Of a stretch of DNA of 46,846 bases, positions 29,176 to 38,299 are shown piece after piece; the first letter of the stretch is position 1, and each line of letters opens with the position of its first letter. Both the position numbers and the translations under genes were made by a program. The notes beneath the pieces were generated by a model, which was not told the DNA's origin, made no database searches, and saw only the letters and a list, made by a program, of their open reading frames with translations. This DNA comes from an uncultured Verrucomicrobiota bacterium (GTDB taxonomy: Bacteria; Verrucomicrobiota; Kiritimatiellia; CAZCOO01): the NCBI GenBank assembly GCA_964500395.1, contig CAZCOO010000002.1, positions 1-46,846 of the forward strand, read 5' to 3'.

Positions 29176-30588
29176 ATGAATGCAAAAACCTTATTCGAAA
29201 AGATCTGGAACCGCCATGTCGTCAAGAATTTCGGCGACGGGACGGCATTGCTGTATATCGACCGCCACCTGGTGCACGAAGTGACCAGCCCGCAGGCGTT
29301 TGAAGGACTGCGGATGACCGGACGGCCTGTCCGGCGGCCGAATCTGACCTTTGCCACCATGGATCACAACGTCCCGACGGAGAGCCGGGATGTGATTACG
29401 GACCCGATTTCCAAGGCCCAGGTCGAGGCGCTGGAAGCCAATTGCCGTGAATTCGGCATCGAACTCTACGACCTCGGCAGCGATCACCAGGGCATCGTGC
29501 ACATCATCGGGCCGGAAATGGGAATCACGATTCCCGGCCTTACCATGGTCTGCGGAGATTCTCACACCTCCACGCACGGCGCCTTCGGTACGCTGGCCTT
29601 CGGCATCGGCACCTCGGAAGTGGAGCACGTGCTGGCGACCCAGACCCTGCGTCAAAAGAAACCGAAGACCTTCAAGGTCGATTTCCAGGGCCGGCTGAAG
29701 CCCGGCGCCACCTCCAAGGATATGATCCTGCGCCTCATCGGCGAAATCGGAACCGCCGGCGGCACCGGCTACGTGCTGGAGTACGCGGGCGAGGCCGTCC
29801 GTTCGCTGACCATGGAAGAGCGCATGACGATCTGCAACATGAGCATCGAGGCCGGGGCGCGGGCCGGGATGATCGCCCCGGACGATACCACCTTCGATTA
29901 TATTGCAGCGGATGACCGCACCTTTGCCCCCAAGGGGGAGGCCTTCGACAAGGCCGTGGAATTCTGGCGGACCCTCCCCAGCGATCCGGATGCGGAGTTT
30001 GACCACGTACTGGAGATCGATGCCTCGAGCATCGCCCCCCAGGTGACCTGGGGCACCAGTCCCGGCATGGTGACCGATGTCGTGAGCCGGGTGCCGGGGC
30101 TCAACGATGTTCCCGGCTACAGCCCATCCGATATCGAGAAGGCCCTGGCCTACATGGGCCTCGAACCGGGCACCCCCATGACGGATATCGCGCTGGATAC
30201 CGTCTTTATCGGGAGTTGCACCAACGCCCGCATTGAAGACCTGCGCCGTGCGGCCCGGCTCCTCCAGGGCCGGCGCAAGGCGGACAGCGTGCGATTGATC
30301 ATCGTCCCCGGTTCCCAGCAGGTCCGCAAGCAGGCCGAGGCCGAGGGGCTGGACAAGGTGTTCAAGGAAGCCGGCGGCGAATGGCGCTACGCCGGGTGCA
30401 GCATGTGCCTGGGCATGAATCCCGACCAGCTCAAACCCGGCGAGCGATGCGCGTCGACCTCCAACCGGAACTTCGAGGGCCGCCAGGGCAAGGGCGGCCG
30501 CACCCACCTGGTGAGCCCGGAGATGGCCGCGGCCGCAGCCGTCGAAGGACACTTTGTCGACATCCGCCACTGGCCGGATGCCGCCTGA
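29176..30588 (+). CDS. leuC: 3-isopropylmalate dehydratase large subunit
   Basis: Aconitase-family motifs [26 protein letters not shown] and GCSMCLGMN. Start at ATG 29176 ([11 protein letters not shown]...). The track ORF's upstream extension is Pro/Arg junk. Confidence 0.95.
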   Translation: MNAKTLFEKIWNRHVVKNFGDGTALLYIDRHLVHEVTSPQAFEGLRMTGRPVRRPNLTFATMDHNVPTESRDVITDPISKAQVEALEANCREFGIELYDLGSDHQGIVHIIGPEMGITIPGLTMVCGDSHTSTHGAFGTLAFGIGTSEVEHVLATQTLRQKKPKTFKVDFQGRLKPGATSKDMILRLIGEIGTAGGTGYVLEYAGEAVRSLTMEERMTICNMSIEAGARAGMIAPDDTTFDYIAADDRTFAPKGEAFDKAVEFWRTLPSDPDAEFDHVLEIDASSIAPQVTWGTSPGMVTDVVSRVPGLNDVPGYSPSDIEKALAYMGLEPGTPMTDIALDTVFIGSCTNARIEDLRRAARLLQGRRKADSVRLIIVPGSQQVRKQAEAEGLDKVFKEAGGEWRYAGCSMCLGMNPDQLKPGERCASTSNRNFEGRQGKGGRTHLVSPEMAAAAAVEGHFVDIRHWPDAA

Positions 30589-30632
30589 GCCGGGCGCCGA
30601 AACGAAGACGTCATCAGAAGAGAGGAACCGCC

Positions 30633-31274
30633 ATGCAACCATTTACAACCCACCGGGGCCTTCTGGCCACCCTGGACCGGGCCAACGTCGATACCGACCA
30701 GATCATTCCCAAGCAGTTCCTGAAGTCCATCAAGCGGACCGGCTTCGGCGAGGCCCTCTTTTTTGACTGGCGCTACGGGGAGGACGGAAAACCCGATCCG
30801 TCCTTCGAGTTGAACCAGCCGGACTTCAGCGGCGCCTCTATCCTGGCGACCCGCAACAACTTCGGGTGCGGATCCAGCCGGGAGCACGCGGTGTGGGCGG
30901 TGCAGCAATACGGGTTCCGGGCCATTCTGGCCCCGGCTGTAGAGCGAGGCGGCACCCGGATTCCCGCATTCGCCGATATTTTCCGCAACAACTGTGTAAA
31001 GAACGGCGTGGTGACCGTGGAACTCGCGGAAGAGGAAATCGACGAGATCTTCACTCTGGTCAGCCGCTTTCCCGGCCTCGAGGCCACGGTCGATCTTCCG
31101 GAACAGCGGGTTGTGCTGCATCTCGACGAGGAAGTGGCCTTTCATTTCGATGTCGACGAGGGGACAAAAGAAACCCTGATCCGCGGGCTGGACGACATCG
31201 CCCAGACCCTCGAGCACGAGGATTCGATCAGCCGGTTCGAGGAGTCCTACGACCCCATGATCGCCCGGGCCTGA
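30633..31274 (+). CDS. leuD: 3-isopropylmalate dehydratase small subunit
   Basis: NVDTDQIIPKQFLK and NFGCGSSREHA motifs. ATG 30633 is preceded by AGAGGAA. Confidence 0.93.
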   Translation: MQPFTTHRGLLATLDRANVDTDQIIPKQFLKSIKRTGFGEALFFDWRYGEDGKPDPSFELNQPDFSGASILATRNNFGCGSSREHAVWAVQQYGFRAILAPAVERGGTRIPAFADIFRNNCVKNGVVTVELAEEEIDEIFTLVSRFPGLEATVDLPEQRVVLHLDEEVAFHFDVDEGTKETLIRGLDDIAQTLEHEDSISRFEESYDPMIARA

Positions 31275-31285
31275 GGGCCTGCTGT

Positions 31286-32188
31286 CTAGGAGGCGGGCGG
31301 GGTGGGGGGCGCCGTTGTTCGCCCCCCGACCTGGAGGAGCAGATTCGCGCCCGGAGGGACGACGTCGACGGCCGCCTCCGATTCCAGAAGCTTGTCCGTC
31401 TCCATGACATCCAACACGCTCTCCAGGATTTCCGGGTCCTTTTTCCGGATGCCGTTCAGGGTTTTGCCGACCACGTCCGGCCGGATGGCGGAGGCCTGGG
31501 CCAGTTTCCGGGATACTTTCTTCGCCGTTTCGCTCTGGATGAGGCCCACCCGGTTTTCCCCATCCTGTTTCATGGCACTCGTGACCTGGACCAGCCGTTT
31601 GACCACCTTCTGTGTAATGTTGTCGACCATGTCCCGGTCGGTGAAGGCCACCTTGCGAATGTAGACCGAGCCGAGATCGTAGCCCCATTTCCTGGAGTGC
31701 GGGGAGACCTCGCGCCGCGCTGTCCGGCTGAGGCTGTGGCGGTCCTCGAGCATCTTTTCCATCTCCAGGTTGCTCAGGGTCGAGATGGTCGCGCTGGCCA
31801 CATTGGCAAGCATGGAGCCCTCCGGATCCGTATTGTTGAAGAGATAGGCCACGGGGTCTTCGACCTGCATTTCGTACCAGACGCCGATGCCCATGGGCGT
31901 CCCTTCTTCCGAGTTGACCATCTGCCCCCGCAGGTAGTGCTGGCGCAGGGACAAGTCCACGGTGTAGCGCTTGCCGAAGAACGGAATGAGAAAGGCGCGC
32001 GGCCCCAGGGTGGTCATGGGGAATTGCAGCCCCGGTTCCTGGAAGGTCCCGATCACTTTGCCGAAGAGCGTGTAGACCTGGGCTTCCCGCTCGTTGACCA
32101 CGATGAACACACCGAATGCGCGCCCCAGGAAGAGCACGAACGGAATCAGAAGAAAGCCGACAATCAAGGCAATGACGGGGCCGATCAT
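31286..32188 (-). CDS. SPFH/band-7 domain membrane protein
   Basis: N-terminal TM segment, then an SPFH core (VNEREAQVYTLFGKV...VEDPVAYLFN...LEDRHSLS...WGYDLGSVYIRKV). ATGA overlap with the upstream SPFH gene. Confidence 0.8.
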   Translation of the reverse strand: MIGPVIALIVGFLLIPFVLFLGRAFGVFIVVNEREAQVYTLFGKVIGTFQEPGLQFPMTTLGPRAFLIPFFGKRYTVDLSLRQHYLRGQMVNSEEGTPMGIGVWYEMQVEDPVAYLFNNTDPEGSMLANVASATISTLSNLEMEKMLEDRHSLSRTARREVSPHSRKWGYDLGSVYIRKVAFTDRDMVDNITQKVVKRLVQVTSAMKQDGENRVGLIQSETAKKVSRKLAQASAIRPDVVGKTLNGIRKKDPEILESVLDVMETDKLLESEAAVDVVPPGANLLLQVGGRTTAPPTPPAS

Positions 32189-33204
32189 GAGGACACCTCC
32201 CCGCTGTTGCGAACCGAACTGGCGCCGGCGATCTCGATGAGCCGTTCCGTCTTCTCCAGGAGCGGAATTCTCATGTTGCGGATGTAGGACTTGAGGGCGA
32301 TGGAGCCGCCCTCTTCCTTGATCCGGGCCAGGGTGGCGGCCAGCTCCCGGAGGGGGGCGACTTCGGCCTCGGCGCGATTGGTGGAGATCTCCACGGCGCG
32401 ATTGCTCATGGTGATCTGCTGTTCCGCGTCGGCCCGGGCCGTGCTGATATCGGCGGCCACCTGGTTGCGTGTGCTGTTGATGGCGGACAGGGCACGGTCC
32501 ACCTCGGAGGGCGGATCGATCTCCGTGATCAGGGCGGCATTGAGCTCAATCCCGTACCGCCCGGTGGTGCAGCGGCACTGTTCCTCCATGTATTCATTCA
32601 GCAGCGGCAGGTTTTTGCGCAGATCGTTGATGGACACGCCTTCGGACAGATCGACCCCTTCCGAGGCTGCGTTCTCCTCTTCTTCCTCGTTGGTGAGCAG
32701 GGTTTGCCCGCGCGGATCGACAAAATTGGCAATCCGCTCCCGCAGAACCGAGATGAAGTATCCCATCACGTGTTCGAGGGGGCTCCGTACACCGAACAGG
32801 TAGGCGTAGAGATTGTTTTCGTTGATGCGGAACCGGATCTGACCGTTGACCCCGGTGGTGAGGTTGTCCTTGGTCACGGCCTCAATCGTGTCCTGGTTCT
32901 TGCTGGGATCCCAGGTGAGGTCGACCGACTGGGTGGCCACATTCACCTTGTAGACCCGTTGCCACGGCCATTTAAAGTAGGGGCCGCCGGGCGCCACCAC
33001 CCGGATCCGGGGATACTGGTAGCGCTTCTTTTCTTCCTCGTTGAGGAAGGGGTCATCCACCGGCTCCCCCTGCAGCCGCTGGGCCCGGCCAAAAGTGGTC
33101 ACCGCAGCCCGTTCGTTTGGTTTGACGGTGTAAAACCCGCCTTTCAGCAGGCGAAACAGCCCGAATACGATCAGCCCGGCAAAAAAAGCCAGCGCGGTCA
33201 TCAT
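32185..33204 (-). CDS. SPFH/band-7 domain membrane protein (HflK/C-like, with acidic insertion)
   Basis: N-terminal TM segment. YTVKPNERAAVTTFGR...IELNAALITEIDPPSEVDRALSAINSTRNQVAADISTARADAEQ is a typical SPFH domain plus coiled coil. Start at ATG 33204 (MMTALAFF...), 8 nt after a GGGGG. Confidence 0.8.
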   Translation of the reverse strand: MMTALAFFAGLIVFGLFRLLKGGFYTVKPNERAAVTTFGRAQRLQGEPVDDPFLNEEEKKRYQYPRIRVVAPGGPYFKWPWQRVYKVNVATQSVDLTWDPSKNQDTIEAVTKDNLTTGVNGQIRFRINENNLYAYLFGVRSPLEHVMGYFISVLRERIANFVDPRGQTLLTNEEEEENAASEGVDLSEGVSINDLRKNLPLLNEYMEEQCRCTTGRYGIELNAALITEIDPPSEVDRALSAINSTRNQVAADISTARADAEQQITMSNRAVEISTNRAEAEVAPLRELAATLARIKEEGGSIALKSYIRNMRIPLLEKTERLIEIAGASSVRNSGEVSS

Positions 33205-33322
33205 CGTGAATACCCCCTGGGTGGTTGTGTGGCACTCCGGAGCAGGGGCCCCTGCCTCCCGGGTGCATGCCAAATGCACGGGACCTTCCTACCGAACCGG
33301 TGATTCAAATGCAAGCGCGACC

Positions 33323-33979
33323 TTACAGGTCTTCAATGATCGAGAGCCCCTCATCCACGTGGGAGCGAATCTCGCGGTTGAGTTGTTTGCCTTCGGTCAT
33401 CACCGTCTCGATATCCGCGAGGATGGGGTCCACCCCTTCGAGGCCTTTATTGACCTGACAGTAGCCCACAATGTCATCGTATTTCTGGATGGAGGCCTCG
33501 ATCCGCTCCAGCAGCTCCCCCGCCTGCAGAAGCTGCTCGTCAAATTCGTCCTGCCGGTCCCGGATATCCCGGATCATCTTCCGGCGCAGCGTCCGTGTCT
33601 GGTTTTCGTCCGCCCGGTGTTCCAGAAGCTCGAACAGCTTTTCCCCCCGCTTTCGGGCATCCTCGAAGTCGGCTTCGAGATCTTCGTAGGCCGCCTGCAC
33701 GGTCTCCAATTGATCTTCAAGGGTCCGGAGCTGTTCGTCGTTGAGGGATTCCTCCCGCAGGAAGGTGCTGAGGCGGTCGTACGCGGATTCGACCTCCTGG
33801 GTGGTCTCTTCGCTCTGTCCCTTGACCGACTCCAGAGATCCTTTGAGATTGTCCCTGGCTGCATTGAGGTCATCGATCGAGACCTCCTTGTCGCCGAAGA
33901 AGGATCCCCCGGCCAGCGCCGCGAACAGTAGAAGCCCGGCGGCGGAAGCGAGATGTCGTCCTCTTGTACTGGATATCAT
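33323..33979 (-). CDS. secreted coiled-coil protein (acidic, heptad-rich)
   Basis: Only the last 218 codons of the 441-aa track ORF look coding: a signal peptide (AAGLLLFAALAGG) and long E/D/L/R-rich helices. There is weak resemblance to DUF2959-type periplasmic coiled coils. Confidence 0.6.
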   Translation of the reverse strand: MISSTRGRHLASAAGLLLFAALAGGSFFGDKEVSIDDLNAARDNLKGSLESVKGQSEETTQEVESAYDRLSTFLREESLNDEQLRTLEDQLETVQAAYEDLEADFEDARKRGEKLFELLEHRADENQTRTLRRKMIRDIRDRQDEFDEQLLQAGELLERIEASIQKYDDIVGYCQVNKGLEGVDPILADIETVMTEGKQLNREIRSHVDEGLSIIEDL

Positions 33980-34524
33980 ACCATATCTCCTGCTTTGCGA
34001 ATGGCCGCGCGTCTCTGCTGCGCACACCTTCGAAAGTGTGTTCGAGGCCTGGCGGGCCACGGGGGGGCACTTCCGGTGTTCGGGGCCTTTTTCTTTTGTG
34101 GAAAGATCATTCCGGCGGAGAGGGCGAGGCCGGTGGCGGCCATATCCACGGGGCAGAAGACCCCCGGGAGCAGGCCGACAGCCTGGGCGCATTCCGCTCC
34201 CACGCTCAGGAGCAGGGCAAGCAGCAGCCAGGGGCGGACCGGCGGGGCGGACGCGCGCCCCCAGAGAAGAGTGAGGTAGGCGAAGAGTGCGTAGGTCCAC
34301 AGAGCCGCCGGGAGACTGTACAGGGCCCACTCCGGAACCGGGGCCTCGCGGAGGGCCGGCAGGCTGCGGAGGGAGAGCAACAGTCCGTCCAGGCCGAGCC
34401 GGGCCGCCCAGTCGAACATCAGCAGACGGTCCGATCGCCAGACGAGATACAGGCCGCCGCCGGCAAGCAGCGGCACGGCCACATGCAGCACATATCGGAA
34501 CAGGGTGTTGGCTCGGCTGTACAT
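33976..34524 (-). CDS. small polytopic membrane protein (VanZ/DUF2809-like C-terminal motif)
   Basis: 4-5 hydrophobic segments, with ECAQAVGLLPGVFCPVDMAATG reminiscent of the ExxQ...G.F...D motif. The stop overlaps the downstream start (ATGA at 33976-33979). Start at ATG 34524 is tentative. Confidence 0.45.
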   Translation of the reverse strand: MYSRANTLFRYVLHVAVPLLAGGGLYLVWRSDRLLMFDWAARLGLDGLLLSLRSLPALREAPVPEWALYSLPAALWTYALFAYLTLLWGRASAPPVRPWLLLALLLSVGAECAQAVGLLPGVFCPVDMAATGLALSAGMIFPQKKKAPNTGSAPPWPARPRTHFRRCAQQRRAAIRKAGDMV

Positions 34525-34634
34525 ACTCGATTCGGCGTTCCCGGGGTGTTTGGCAGGAGGAGGAATAGCCTTTTTCACCGGGAGACGCAATCTTCCAACT
34601 CGCGCGGGACCGGCGCCTCCGGCACAATGGCCGG

Positions 34635-35378
34635 ATGCGATGCATCAATCGTCAGGATATTCAGCGGCTGATTTTGACCGCGGTGTTGGCGGGCAGCCTT
34701 CTCCTGGCCGGCGGTTGTGTCTATTGGCGGCTTTCGCGGCTGCGGGCCCAACTCTCTGAGTTCGACGAGCACTTCGCCATCCGGCAGGGGCAAAGGCCGT
34801 GTTTGGTTTTCCGGACCCCGGTGCTGCGGCCGGCCGATCTGGTCTGGGTCACGGGATATGCCCCGACGGCCGTCCGGACCCAGGGGGAACACGTCGTCTG
34901 GAACTACACCCTGGAGAAGATCGATGCTCCCGATTCGGACCGCATGACGATTCGAAACCATTTCCGGGAGGGCCGGTTGGCAAAGATCGATTTTCCCGCC
35001 CGCTTCTCCGGCTATCTCACGGCCTCCAACCTGCAGGCGGTCAGCGGGCCGCTGGGGGACTCGGCGGTGGCGCCGGGGTCTCCCCGCACCCGGGCGAAGT
35101 GGACCCACGATCTGCTCCGGTTGCCGAGCCGGGAGGAGTGGCTGAACCTGCTGGGAGCGCCCGCCTCCCAGCGGACCACGGAGGACAGCACCGCGTTGTC
35201 CTATCGGTGGCGGGTGGTCGATGCCCGCAACCGGGGAGCGGAAAATCGGTTGCGGCTGGCGCTGTGGATATGGCAGTACAATAATCGCCTGAAGCGCGCG
35301 GAGATCCAGGCGGGGCGTCTCCGGGTGGTCCTGGACCTGTCCACCCCGGAGAAATCCCTCGACATCATGCGGGACTAA
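34635..35378 (+). CDS. hypothetical exported/lipoprotein-like protein
   Basis: N-terminal LILTAVLAGSLLLAGGC, a signal with Cys though not a canonical lipobox. GC3-rich frame. It ends 16 nt before the top6B start. No family recognised. Confidence 0.5.
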   Translation: MRCINRQDIQRLILTAVLAGSLLLAGGCVYWRLSRLRAQLSEFDEHFAIRQGQRPCLVFRTPVLRPADLVWVTGYAPTAVRTQGEHVVWNYTLEKIDAPDSDRMTIRNHFREGRLAKIDFPARFSGYLTASNLQAVSGPLGDSAVAPGSPRTRAKWTHDLLRLPSREEWLNLLGAPASQRTTEDSTALSYRWRVVDARNRGAENRLRLALWIWQYNNRLKRAEIQAGRLRVVLDLSTPEKSLDIMRD

Positions 35379-35394
35379 GAACAGGAGTGTGTGC

Positions 35395-37077
35395 GTGGCT
35401 GCGAAAAAACCCCGAAAAGCGGAAACTGCCGAGTCCATGGCCCGGCGCCAGCGGGATATATCGGTCTCGGAGTTTTTTCTCAAGAACCGGCATCTGCTCG
35501 GATTTGACTCGCCGCGCAAAGCCCTGCTGACCTCGATCAAGGAAGCGGTCGACAACAGTCTCGATGCCTGCGAGGAAGCCGATATCCTGCCGGAGATCAG
35601 CGTGGATATTGAACAGGTCGCGGAGGACCGGTTCCGCGTCCGCATTCTGGATAACGGCCCGGGCATTGTAAAAGCGCAGATCCCCAAGATCTTTGCCAAG
35701 CTTCTCTACGGGTCGAAGTTTCACCGGTTGCGGATGTCCCGCGGACAGCAGGGGATCGGCATCAGCGCGGCCGGTATGTACGGGCAGCTCACCACGGGCA
35801 ACGCCACCGGCATCATTTCCAAGACGAAAAACCAGAAGCAGGCGCACCGCATGGCGGTGCAGATCGATACCCGCGCCAACAAGCCCGCCATTCTTTCGGA
35901 TACGCAGGAGGAGTGGCGTCCGGTCTTTTATCCCACCGACGCGGAAACCGGCCCGCAAAAGCCGGTCGAATACGCCCACGGCACCTGTGTGACCCTGGTG
36001 ATGGAAGCCGCCTACGTGCGCGGCAAACTTTCGGTCGATGAATTTCTTCGCGAGTGCGCCATCGTGAACCCGCACCTCCAGATCCACTACCGGGTCCAGT
36101 TGCTGAAAGACCGGGCGGAGGAGGAGGGCCCGCTGCCGGAGGATGCGGGCTGGACGACGTATCATCGCGCCACCCGGGACGTGCCGCCCACGACCGAGGA
36201 GATCAAGCCCCATCCCCACGGGGTCGAGCTGGGCCTGCTGATGCAGATGCTGAAGGACAGTCCGGCCCGGACCCTGCGGGCGACCCTGCAGCAGGATTTC
36301 TCCCGGGTCAGCAGCCGCGCCGCCCTGGAAATCTGCGAGCGGGCGGGGCTCAATCCCAAAGCCCGGCCGACGCGCATTGCGCACCGGGAAATCGAGGCGC
36401 TGTACAAGTCGATCAACGATACGAAACTCATGCGCCCGCCGACGGACTGTCTCGCCCCCATCGGAGAGGAGCAGATCCTCACCGGCCTGCAGAAAGAGAT
36501 CCAGGCCGATTTCTACACCGCCGTGACCCGCAGCCCGACCATTTACCGGGGCAACCCGTTCCAGGTGGAGGTCGGGCTGGCCTATGCAAAGCCCGGAGAG
36601 AACAAAGAACTGGGCGGGGACGATCCGGTCCGGGTGATGCGGTTTGCCAACCGGGTGCCCTTGCTCTATATGGCCGGCGCCTGTGTCGCCACCAAGGCGG
36701 TCAGCTCGGTCAACTGGAAGTCCTACGGCCTGGCCCAGCCCCGGGGGGCCGTCCCGACCGGCCCCATGGTGGTGATGCTGCACATGGTCAGTGTCTGGGT
36801 TCCCTTCACCAGTGAGAGCAAGGAGGCGATTGCCCACTACCCCGAGATCCTCAAGGAATTCACCTTTGCCCTGCAGGAGGCGGGCCGTCGCTTATCGGTC
36901 TATTTGAACCGCCGCAAACGGCAGGCCGAGGCGGAGCGCAAGCGACAGTACATCGAGCAGTATATCCCGCACCTCGCCCGCGGCCTCTCCGATATCCTGG
37001 CGCTGAATGACAGGAAAGAGAACGAGGTCGTGGATAAGCTCGAACGCATGCTCGAACGAACCCATTTGAAAGTCTGA
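35395..37077 (+). CDS. top6B: DNA topoisomerase VI subunit B
   Basis: GHKL/Bergerat motifs KEAVDNSLDA (N-box), ILDNGPGI (G1) and SRGQQGIGISAAGMY (G2), plus the N-terminal SVSEFFLKNRHLLGFDSP signature and a transducer-length C-terminus. GTG 35395 lies 7 nt after AGGAG. Alternatives are 35389 and 35437. Confidence 0.9.
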   Translation: MAAKKPRKAETAESMARRQRDISVSEFFLKNRHLLGFDSPRKALLTSIKEAVDNSLDACEEADILPEISVDIEQVAEDRFRVRILDNGPGIVKAQIPKIFAKLLYGSKFHRLRMSRGQQGIGISAAGMYGQLTTGNATGIISKTKNQKQAHRMAVQIDTRANKPAILSDTQEEWRPVFYPTDAETGPQKPVEYAHGTCVTLVMEAAYVRGKLSVDEFLRECAIVNPHLQIHYRVQLLKDRAEEEGPLPEDAGWTTYHRATRDVPPTTEEIKPHPHGVELGLLMQMLKDSPARTLRATLQQDFSRVSSRAALEICERAGLNPKARPTRIAHREIEALYKSINDTKLMRPPTDCLAPIGEEQILTGLQKEIQADFYTAVTRSPTIYRGNPFQVEVGLAYAKPGENKELGGDDPVRVMRFANRVPLLYMAGACVATKAVSSVNWKSYGLAQPRGAVPTGPMVVMLHMVSVWVPFTSESKEAIAHYPEILKEFTFALQEAGRRLSVYLNRRKRQAEAERKRQYIEQYIPHLARGLSDILALNDRKENEVVDKLERMLERTHLKV

Positions 37078-37109
37078 GACCGGGCGCTGCCGGAAAGAGG
37101 AATGGAGCC

Positions 37110-38255
37110 ATGGCAAAGAAGAAGCCCAGCCGAACGTCGTCGGATGCCCCGCGCATCATCAGCAAACAGGCCGCGGCACGCAAAATCGTGCAGGTGGCCC
37201 GGGACACCTACCGCGACATCACCGAAAAGGGACAGAAACCCAGTCTCCGGTTTCCCATCCGAAGCCTGTCCAACGTGAAATACGATGCGAAAAAGGGTCA
37301 CTTCGAGATCAAGAACAAGTCCGTGACCCGCACCCTGAGCTACAACACGGTCAAGACCTTTGCCCAATCCATGCGCCTGCTTGCCACCACCAAGAACGAC
37401 ATGCTGGATCAGGACGACATCGCCGGAAAACGCGAGGTCTACTATAACAGCAAGGGGTGGGGGGAGTGCCGTTTTGAGCAGCAGACGGAAAGCGATACCC
37501 TCCTCGACGACATTGAGGCCATGCTGGGCATCAACCGCGAACAGCTCGGCTACATTCCCGAGGAGCGGGGCGGGGAGGTGTGCGGACCGGTCACGGTCAT
37601 CGACACGGACCCCGCCTCGGGCAAGGATATCCGCATCCGCTGCAATCAGCTCGGGACCGGCGCCTGGAGTGTGCCCTCGCGGGTGGAACACCTTCGCTTC
37701 GAGTCCAAGGCGGACTTCATCCTGGTGGTGGAGACCTCGTCTCTCTTCCAGCGCCTGGTGCATCACCGCTTCTACGAGCGCGCCAACTGCGTGCTGGTCA
37801 GTATGAGCGGGGTGCCCACGAGGGCCTGCCGGCGATTTATCCGCAGGCTGTCGGACGACCGGGACCTCGACGTGCTCGCCTTTACCGACGGCGACCCCTA
37901 CGGCTTCTGCAATATCTATCGCACTCTCAAGGTGGGGTCCGGACAGGCCGCACACATCAACCGCTACTTCTGTGTCCCGCGCGTGAAATTCCTGGGAGTC
38001 ACCCCGCAGGACATCATTGATTACCAATTGGAGGATGCGACCCATCCCCTCGAGGAGGCGGACATCAAGCGGGCCCGGGACGCCCTGAAGAACGACCCCT
38101 TCATCAAACACCACAAGCCCTGGCAGGATGCCCTGCAGCAGACGCTCAAGATGGGCGTCCGTATCGAGCAGCAGGCCTTTGCCAAGTACGGCCTGAATTT
38201 TGTGCTGGATACCTACCTGCCGGAAAAACTCGAGAAGGGCGTCTTCCTGCCGTAG
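37110..38255 (+). CDS. top6A: DNA topoisomerase VI subunit A (Spo11 family)
   Basis: 5Y-CAP region with GKREVYYNS (catalytic Tyr context), Toprim Glu in FILVVETSSLFQRL, and the acidic cluster AFTDGDPYGF. Confidence 0.9.
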   Translation: MAKKKPSRTSSDAPRIISKQAAARKIVQVARDTYRDITEKGQKPSLRFPIRSLSNVKYDAKKGHFEIKNKSVTRTLSYNTVKTFAQSMRLLATTKNDMLDQDDIAGKREVYYNSKGWGECRFEQQTESDTLLDDIEAMLGINREQLGYIPEERGGEVCGPVTVIDTDPASGKDIRIRCNQLGTGAWSVPSRVEHLRFESKADFILVVETSSLFQRLVHHRFYERANCVLVSMSGVPTRACRRFIRRLSDDRDLDVLAFTDGDPYGFCNIYRTLKVGSGQAAHINRYFCVPRVKFLGVTPQDIIDYQLEDATHPLEEADIKRARDALKNDPFIKHHKPWQDALQQTLKMGVRIEQQAFAKYGLNFVLDTYLPEKLEKGVFLP

Positions 38256-38299
38256 CCCGGCGGCCGCATGCGCGGGGGCCAACGCGCGCCGGCGCCCCC

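Noticed and set aside
33980-34648. N-terminal extension of ORF 33323..34648 (441 aa)
   Set aside because: The extension is Pro/Arg/Gly-rich and overlaps, in another frame, the membrane-protein ORF 33976..34524. The coiled-coil protein starts sensibly at ATG 33979 with a signal peptide.
35365-36837. 490-aa minus-strand ORF
   Set aside because: It is antisense to top6B (clear GHKL motifs). It is a mirror ORF.
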